Source: Laetmonice hystrix (Eukaryota). Taken from it: a stretch of 60,000 nucleotides of DNA. The notes under the pieces are model-generated. The model was not told the origin of the DNA and did not search any database. It saw only the letters and a program-made list of their open reading frames with translations. The stretch covers positions 33,978,001 through 34,038,000 of the forward strand of contig OZ249436.1 of assembly GCA_965235115.1 (NCBI GenBank). The letters run 5' to 3'. Position 1 is the stretch's first letter; each line of letters begins with the position of its first letter. The position numbers were made by a program, and so were the translations under genes. Below, in pieces: positions 50,801 to 60,000 of this stretch.

Positions 50801-53800
50801 ATCGTCACTGCTGTTTGACAGGCACCTGTCACCTGCCACAATGGCTGATGCCGGGAACAGAAAACCCTGATTGGGCTTATTTCTGTTCTGGCGTTCTGTC
50901 TGTGCGGTAGTGTCATTATGAAGGAACAGGTTGTTAGCAAATATCCCAAAGTGTGTTAGCTATCATTTTGTTGCCATTTGTGAGTGTGAAGCGACTGGTA
51001 CACGGACTTTCACCTACAGCGAGCCTTTGTAATTGAAGACGCATCAAATAAGCATAATTTATCATCATTTGCTGGCAGCACCTGGCTGGCTGTTGACAAG
51101 CGGTCAGTATTGTCAGTGGAACGGTACACAGTGGGGACTTGACCGTGACCACCACACGGACTGGACCAACTGCTGACCACTGGGGAGAGCTGGACCGCGC
51201 CGCTCCTTTGATGACAATCACTCAAGCTGGTTCACAGATAGTCCACCACAGAAATATGTCTCATTAAGGAATCTGTCAGGAGTTCAGTCAGACTACACTG
51301 TGTAATAGGTTTGGAGAAACGGATTCAGTGAATGGTTAAAACATTTACCCGTCCACACATCGAGTGACGGATGTATCGTATAGAGGTCTGTCAGTACAGC
51401 TGAGATATAGTGGCTGCGTCTGAAATATACATAGCTCTATTTCCCATTATTTAGCGAAAGATGAGAAGAAAATGGATAACATCTTAGACCTTCCCTTTCA
51501 ACTTTACCCTAAAAAACATAGCCGTATAATGACTAGGACATTTCCCCTGATATAAGAGCCGGAGTCATTGTTTGTCTTCATATACCCTTTTATTGCATCG
51601 GGTAATACAGCCGAAAGGAAAGATGATACGTACTGATGAAATTATAATTCTGGTCAATGTGTGGAATGGGAGGTATACGCTCCGTCGAATGAAGCTTTAA
51701 TCCTATTTCAGATGGATCAAACTTAGTGCTTACGTATTGCAATATATAATATATGCAGCTGCATGTCTTAAAATATTATATTGATGCATAGAGATTGTTT
51801 GTTTCACATACACAATATTTGTGCGTTGGTCACGGCCTCTTTTACCAGTTTCATCTTCTACAATGCATTAATTTTGTAATAATTAGTCAGATAAATTGAC
51901 AGTGTTATATTCCTTACCGTTCTAAAAACGAGATAGAAGCTCGTCCAAGCTGCAGAAGCTGCAGCGTCATAAGGTTGTAATCATGTATTGACTTTACAGA
52001 GTGCCAGATACAATCAAGTCTACTTGACTGATAAAGCTGACACAGGCTGCATATATTGCTGTCTATAACGGAGGCGCAGGGTCAGAGCCGGGGGGTCGCG
52101 GGGCGGGCTGCCTGGTCGGCCGAGGGCAGGCCCAGGGTGGGGACCCTTGCCCCGGTGGCAGAGATCGCAGCCTCTCCCCTGCCCCGACCTGTCAGGCCCG
52201 CCCCGCTGCCACACCGACCACCCTGCCACGCTCAAAATTGCCCTCATAGAAAAGTGATTTTCAACCATCATAATTCACTTATCAAAGACTAGGAAGGGAA
52301 AAAATCTGAATTAGGTGCAATGCGAATTGACAGGCTGCAGCAGACTGGCCAGTCTCAAGAGAGCGCCAGTGATATCGGTACAATGGTGTGAGCAGCTGCT
52401 CTGGATGGACCTGTCCTGGCTGGCCCCAGAATGTCTGCACAAAAAGCTTCTTGCCTTCTGCCGGTGCGCTATATGGCTTGATAGGTATACGATACTTGCC
52501 ATATACTATCTGTTTTGCATCTGTTTTACAAAGAAAATGATGCATTGCCATAATATAAAGCTATCGTATATCTCTTTAGGGTAAATTGGGCGGACTCATC
52601 GGAATCGTGTAGCCTGCAGCGCTGTGTGGTTCGGACTTCCGGGAATATTTCAAGATTTTACTTCATGCACTGTGGCCTGGCTAAACGCCATTCTGACATT
52701 TTCTGCATAATATGTCAAGGCTACAGATACAGGATGACATCTGATATTCATAATTATCCTGGAAAGTAAGGACGAGCCAGCTATACCATACTCTTACAAG
52801 ATTGTAATGATTTTGATAGCTGTAATGCATCACAGTCCATTTTTCCTGTGGGATATATGGATTCTGTGATGGGTTTAAGACACTCTCTGCCCTGATACAC
52901 TTTAGAAAAAAAAGAAGAGCAGCCCTGAAAGCTGTTTTGAAAACTAAAAGCCCTAACCCATGCAAGTAGATCATCAGTCACATCAGGCCAGCTTTTATTT
53001 AAGGTAACATGCAATTCACAGTCAGAAAGTGGGAACTGGTGCCGCGACTAGCAAAGTCTATATAATAGAAGATAGTGCCACCTCTGCTGCTGGTACTGAT
53101 GCTGCTACTGCTGGCGTGCATCATCCTACATATTTCTGCATGTATTCGTATTTCTTCTGCTTGGCTCCATGCCATGAATGTAGCGACCACTCTTTCATCA
53201 GCGACACCTCTTGGTCTCAGTTTCCTATGCACAAGATATTCCCCCCACCAGGAACTTTTATTTCAAAATGTCAGTCATGTAAATGGTAAGAATGGTTATG
53301 AGAATAATAAAGAATACCATAATTAGTGCTCGTGAGTGAGCTGTGACTTGTGAGAGGAGGTGCCTTAGAAATAACTTGGAAACGTCAGTTGAAGCGTGAG
53401 CCATCCACGCTTTCAGAAACCGACTCTAATGTCCTGGTACTAAATAACGGACCCGGGAGTGGAAGGATGTCATTCAAAGTCCCGGGCGCCTTGTGAAGAG
53501 CTACTGGGGAGGGCTCGCAACCAGTTGTGTGGGCCATAGCTGCGAGTTGTTTAGGTTGTAATCTGGTCCGGGGCTGACTGATGACTGAAGATCACGCCAT
53601 CAACTCAGTTGTGGCATTCACTTAGTGGAGTTCCTACTGCTGACTGGCTAGTGGCAGACCCGGCCAGCTACCACCATAGTACTTTACTACAACTACTCTA
53701 CTAATGTCCCACCCCCACCGTGGGACCCAAAGGTTGTGCCACTCCAGGCACCGCCACTGATTTATGGCATTGCATGCATGCAGAGAGAACGCAATAGCAG

Positions 53801-56800
53801 TTTGCCTATTCTGCCCGGAGTGTTACTACCCGTAGTACGAGCTAGGCCGTACTATGTACCTGTACACGGGCTAGCGTGAGGTAACAACCCAAAAGTGTCG
53901 TTACAATAGTACAAAACAGTCTGTCTGTATGTATTCGTACATTCTTTGAATGAAAATTGAAGTTATTATTTCATATTGCTATATTTCGGGTGGGATGGGG
54001 GGGGGGAGGTAAGAATAGATAAGAAATGGCACCCATTAAGAGTTAGGGTCACCGATACAGTTCTTCTTAATACAAATACAGACAGAACTAAAACAAGGGC
54101 AAAAGTTCCGGGTACGTATATACATGAAGGATGAAGAATGGGCAAATTGGAGAGGATCATTGACATCATGACGAAAGATCACTTAGAGACTTGGGCTAAC
54201 ATGATACAAAACATTTTGTCACACACACACACAAAAGGAAAACGTACTTCTGTGTTGATTTATGTAACCTTTATTCATTCTATCCTTTGTGTCAAGAGTA
54301 TATGTATCAGGAGAAGTTTGAATTAGAAACAAAGGCCGCATTGGCTGCATGTGTACCTCATCACGACCGCTGATAGCACAAAGAGCTCGCACCATTTTAT
54401 ACGCTTTGCTCCGGGTCTTTTTCTCTCAATCTATTTCAGCTGTGACAGTATAGATTACTCAGTTTGAGCATGTAACGTGCATACAATGGGGACAAAGGGG
54501 GTTTGAATCAAGGCAGAGTACAGGAATGCCAGCCACCCCGCGACTGCATTAAAAATTCACACAACTCCATTGGATGGTAATCACACTGTGTTCCCTTAAT
54601 GACATACCCGAGGTGAAAGTCTTTGTCCAGTGATGTAATGTAGGCCTGGCTGATGCCCAATTTTTCTCACAAGATATGTGCAGCAAACCTGACACGTTAT
54701 GTAGCTGGAGGGACTGACAGGATTTATGGCATTTTTCATCTGGTGATGACAATGGAGTTGATATCTGTCAATCATACTTGCACTGTGGCAGGTTGAATGT
54801 TGAAGGTTTATAGTAACGTCCTGAAAGATTTTCTAATGTTTCATGCCATGTCTCATTTCACAAGAGTATTGATACCTTCTTGATGTTTGTTTTACAGTGC
54901 AACATTCTCACTGTACGATAAAATGGCCATGGCAGTCGCGAATAGGGATGTATGACAGCCCCCAGTTACTATATGAAGATTATTATCTTCATTTAATTGT
55001 TTTAATTCTTAACTTTTCGCTTTTACTAAAATTTATTAGGTCAGTCAAGTTTATTTCCAGCTAAGTGATTTATTATGAAACGAGATTGAATTTTTTTTTC
55101 GTGGGAGTTTCCTATACAAAATGGACAACTGGTACTTAATGTAGGCCTAGATGCAAAAACAGCTGGTTTCTGAATATGTGAGAAAATGGGTATAAGTGTA
55201 TGGATTTAATGCACGGTTGAAATCGTTGAGTCAGGACACTGCACATTTTGCCCACGATAATGCATATGTGTCGTTTTTTCATCTCCAGTTGGAGAGTTAA
55301 TGGTTGCCAGCGGAACAAGTTTCAAAGTAATACGCAACGCTTTTTGTCCTCCGTGTCAATTTCAGGAAAGACCCCCCGATTTTGAACAAGCTCTCGGCTC
55401 GTGTATGTCATGTCAGGACCAATCACGTGAACACGGGCCATTGAAACGTGTGTTACATGAAGTCATTGTTTTCCATTGATTCGGGACTGAAAGGCTCCGA
55501 GAAGCTGATGATGACCACGTTCCACTGAGAGGAAGGAAACCTTTTGTAGGCAATGATCCGGGAGAGAGGGGGAGACATGACACCATTAAACTCACTCAGT
55601 GCTGAGGTCCGGGATGCTAGAACAATGCCTGAGAGCGTTGTCGGAGCCCTGGAGTGAGTACGTGTATAGGCTGGGCCCTCACGAATCGCTGCCTTCAATA
55701 CATATTGATAGCCCTTCCTGCTCGGATCACTGAAATGGGCAGACATTGAATGTGACATAATAGCCATAGAGCTGCAAGACCGCCATCCTTAAAGTTTAAA
55801 AACAAACACACCTCCTTGATTTTAGAATCGCATGCCTGTAGTTCGATGTGTCATACTGGTGCTGACATCGGACTTTTAATTATGCTATTCAGTGACATAA
55901 GGAAAACATTAATTTCATGCTTCGGTTTATATGTTGAAAGGCTAAACCATTAATTTGTCCGTCGTACCAGATGCATTTACATAGGCTATGCCAAATAGGG
56001 TGGGTAATTTGTCTGTTTCATTCTTTCTGGCAGGATTACGGCATGGCGAAAGTGGCAGGCTTTGAAAAATGGCCTGGAGTTAATGGGCAAATCAATAAGT
56101 ACACTAAGGCTATGTGGGTGATGTATGATGTAAGTTATGGATCATATTCTGGAAGCTTTTCTTTCATTAAAGGCTAACAAGGTCATAAACGTCATTTCTG
56201 CCTCGCTGCTCAGGTCAGATGGACCTATATACATCATGCATGCATTTATCAAATAGTTTCCAAAGAATTTGTCATTAAGTAATCAGGTATCAAATGACGT
56301 TTCCATTTATGCAGCTTTCGTAAGAGCGCTCTGGATTGGGTGGATTACCAGTGAAGTTGGTCGTTGGTCGCATTTATAAGTACCGGGTAGGCGACGTATG
56401 GGACTATTGAATGTAGCAATGAGCGTATCTAAGATTAAAGTGAAGGTAAACTGGCAAAATATTCTTAAATCGGCACAATCTTACAAGAAGTGAAAGTCTT
56501 TCTATTTAAATGAGTGATATTAAATATATTGTATGATAACTGGGCAGAGTTCCAGATGTACTAGACTATGAATTAATTTCCTTGCACGGAAAATTATGCT
56601 GGAATAGATTTAGATCGTCACTGCAAGGCTAGAATGGTAATAATATCATATCAAACATGTAATGAGAAAATGAAAAATTGTTATCCTGAAAGGATAATCC
56701 GGGCTGAATTTGCATGGTACCATGTGAAATGTATTTGTGGGAGTCGGGGACAGGGCTTAGGGAGGGCTCGTGTCTCTAGGCTGCTCTGGACAGGGACAAA

Positions 56801-59800
56801 TGGTTTTTGGGTGGGGGAAGGTCTTTGTGTTGGCGTGTGTGAAGGGCACTGATGACTGGTCTGGTCCGGTATGGTGCAGCTCTGAGTGTTACAGCAAGAC
56901 CACAGATCTTCCTGGCCGATAGAAGTACTATATCATTACACATTTCTCCTCCTGTTTTTGCCTGCCCACACATTCTCTTCTACACATTTTGACCCACACT
57001 TTTCCCCACCTTGCTTGCTCATACGTTTCGTCCCACTGGTACTATATATCCCAAACTCGCAATCCCACTCGCGTCAGTCACAGAATATGTTCAGCAGCAC
57101 ATGAACACACCCAAATTGTCCTTGTTTACCAGTACGCCAACGAACGCAGTGTTTCAGTCGTAATTTGTTAACCGACTCTGGACTTGGTGGAGCAACTCTT
57201 AAATTAAAACTACTCACAGGAGGCAAAGATGCCCATATTGAGCTCAGCTGATGTGCCATAGGAGATTGGTCCAATGGCCCTTAAGTGTCCTACCCCGCAA
57301 AGAAACAGGGCGGTGACTGGAGCGTCAGGAGCGGACTCTGACAGTGAGAAGGTGACTTGTTTGACCGGATGTATGCAGATGGTCACTATTAAGCGCTGGC
57401 AGCACCAGGGTGAGTGGGAACACTGGCTATGGGCGGGATTGTCTTGGGACTGCGCTGCCTCCATACAGGAGGCGCACCCATAAATCACACACATTAACTT
57501 GGTTTTTGACAAATTTCATTCAGGCTGGCTTCTAGGGGACCATTTTTCAGGAGTAATTGATACGGCGTAGCATCCCAGGAAGAGTTGGCATGTATTCAGT
57601 GTGGCCAGTGAAGAGAAAAAAACTGGGCTCGGCCTTCCTGAGTCTGGCCAGTGTCAGATCAGTGCACACACCTATATAGGCATGCTCAGGCCTCTCATTA
57701 TACTTTGTTCTGCTTTCCGTTCTTTTTTTACAATTACCCATGGTCGGGAAAAAGAATATGGTTAAAACTGGTGTTCCTATTGTGGATAGACTCAATCTGA
57801 ATGTAAATGAAGCCTTCATTTATGTTTCTGATTTCAGGTCTCTCCTGAGGAATAAAGAGTGTTTTCAAAATATTGTATGTTTGAAGAAATGACTACAATC
57901 ACACCTCCTTCGTCCAGTCCAACAGAAGGAGCCCGGGCATTCCATCACGCCTAAAGAGCAGTATTAGTGAAAGAAGAGGACCTAAAATCGGACTAGAATA
58001 ATAAGATTAAAACCAGATTCGGCTTGTATAAAATGGGTATTTTGAACATCAAGTAGTGATCTGAAGAAACGGGATAAAATTAGCAGAGATAGACATCTCT
58101 GAAGGAAAGAAAACTTGCTTTTTGTCGGGGCAAGACATAACATTGACTTGAAGAGATGACCTTAAGTCAGTTTGTCACAAAGTGACAGGGAACATGTCGT
58201 TGACTGCTGCTTAACGTTCATGTTGTGTCCATAACATGATGGTGGTCAGCAGCGCTGATTCATGTGCTTGTTGACCGGCAGGCCTTGAGGGATTGGTCAA
58301 ACTGACCAAGGCCTCATTGTAAAGGGCTCGGCGGCCGTGACCTGGTCAGAAGGTTAACCAATGTTGGGCAGAGGGCGAGTCGTCACTGACCAGGGCAGTG
58401 GTCAGTGTTAAGCCAGTTGTGTCCAGCAGCCCCCATGACCCCGCCCTGATCCCGTGTCGCAACCTGTGACCCCTTGATTGGCACAACTAGGTTAGCAATT
58501 CTCCTGCAAAATGAAAGCAGCGCCAAACAAGTGAAGTGATTAGCTTCAGAGTTGCTCGTATGAAGGCTCTGACAGTTCAGCGCTATCGGAGTTGACAAGG
58601 AAAGGTCCTGTCCATTTCAGCTCATCCCGTTCTGAATGGCCACCCAGACAGGCCGATCGCCATCTCAAAATTAGCTTGTATACGTACATCTCAGGTTTCT
58701 TGTGATTGGAGATAAAATCTGTGAGGGAACGTGAAAGGTCTCCATGAAACCTGAATCCAGCTAAAGCCAGTTTTTAGAAATGACTATGTAATAATTGTGG
58801 CACTCGTAGAAGTAGTTCTCAGGGGCATTGATGCTCATTTAGAAAACATTGTAATAGCTTTTAACATTGTAAGTTTTCCTTTTCATGTTCCGGTTACAAA
58901 AAGTAAAAATACGATTGTGATGGTCAGTATTCTTGATCGGTTGGTGATTGCGGTGATGAACTTAGAGCAGTGTGAACTGCTCCACACCTAGCGTGAGACA
59001 GGGGTGTGAGAAAAAAGGTCCCTATGACCACAAACCCATCAGGTGATGGTCACGGGCCTTTCATGGACATCCCGGGGTTCATTTACACCTGCGACACGGG
59101 CCTTTAGATGACGAATAACATCAAATTAATTTGCTTTGTTACAAGCTATGTCCTTGAACGGAGACGGCGGCCAGAGGCTGTCATTGTGATTTGTGTCCAC
59201 ACCGGGGCGACAATCCTGCACAGGAAATGGGAGGCCGTGAGTAAAGATGAAGACCGGGCCAGGTAGGGTCCTCCCCGTGACAACTCCGTGTCAGGCCACA
59301 ATGGCCCTCTGCCGGAGCCGATTTCACAGGTCACTATGCCAGGCCTGGACCTCTGACCCGGCGGCCAACACAGCTGCTTGATCTCTGGGAAGGAACCGCA
59401 GCCGAAGAGATGGAGCTTTCATGGCCTGACAGTTAGTTCCCAAGGTCTGTGCCGACAAAATCAGGCGGGAATCCGGTAATCCAGCCATTGTGCTCACATC
59501 GGGGTTGGAAGAGGAGTACGTTTTTACCGGTCATTGTTGAAGAAGTGTGATTAGTCAGGGGAGTGTACAGCTATGAGAGAAATGCGGGTAGGGATATCGT
59601 AGGGTGGTGGGCTAAAAAGAGACGGCAGAATTTGTGCATGGGGTAATGAGTCAGATGATTGTGACCGTGAAGGGGTCAAGGGCTACACAAATATTATCAG
59701 ATAGATTTGTTCAAGTTGGAGGAATGGGTTGGTCAGGAAACCTTTGAAATTTCAGACGTGTAGAATATTATGATAAAGCAAATCTAGAATAAATAATTTA

Positions 59801-60000
59801 ACATTTTGCCTCCTTTTCAATAGATTTTGGACACAAATAGTGTTTACTTTCCATACTTGCATTTTAGCAAATTTAACAATTTGCAAATGTGTCACTGGAG
59901 TAAGCATAACATAATACATGTATCTCATAATTTTTGTAAGAACAACCTTAAAACATTTTCTTGTCATATTTTCATTGGTTTGTGTGTACCAGGCCTACAT

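Noticed and set aside
53821..53886. Tiny TGTTAC...GTAACA segment resembling the Ginger-like ends
   Set aside because: Complementarity beyond the hexamer is weak and there is no TSD.
1..60000. tRNA, rRNA, conserved miRNA genes or a prokaryote-type defence/operon system
   Set aside because: None recognised by eye. tRNAscan-SE, Infernal/Rfam and miRNA database searches would be needed to exclude small RNAs formally.

Overview
This is eukaryotic DNA, most likely from an invertebrate animal. It has moderate GC, no operon-like ORFs and spliceosomal signals; nearly all ORFs in the supplied track look spurious. Layout: (1) 1-2.3 kb is retroelement debris: three pieces of the 3' end of an I/Nimb-group LINE with (CACT)n tails, one with a target-site duplication (TSD), plus a frameshifted SAM-like ORF on the minus strand. 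(2) Two phase-compatible plus-strand exons (2475-2557, 3258-3331) look like the C-terminus of an unidentified gene. (3) About 3.4-7.9 kb is probable 3' UTR/intergenic DNA with small hairpin elements and CTCF-like motifs. (4) A promoter/first-exon-like segment lies near 7.9-8.15 kb. (5) The remaining >50 kb has no convincing coding exon and is probably a giant intron or regulatory desert. It holds a nested transposon stack at 19193-23138 (Harbinger-like shell containing a hAT-like element, MITEs and a TGTTAC-ended element with a 24-bp minisatellite), a second TGTTAC-ended foldback element with a 6-bp TSD (29334-29848), a 33-bp minisatellite and many G-rich islands. I see no CRISPR array, rRNA, tRNA or new multi-gene system. 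The most interesting items are the transposon architectures. All calls were made by eye, without database searches.
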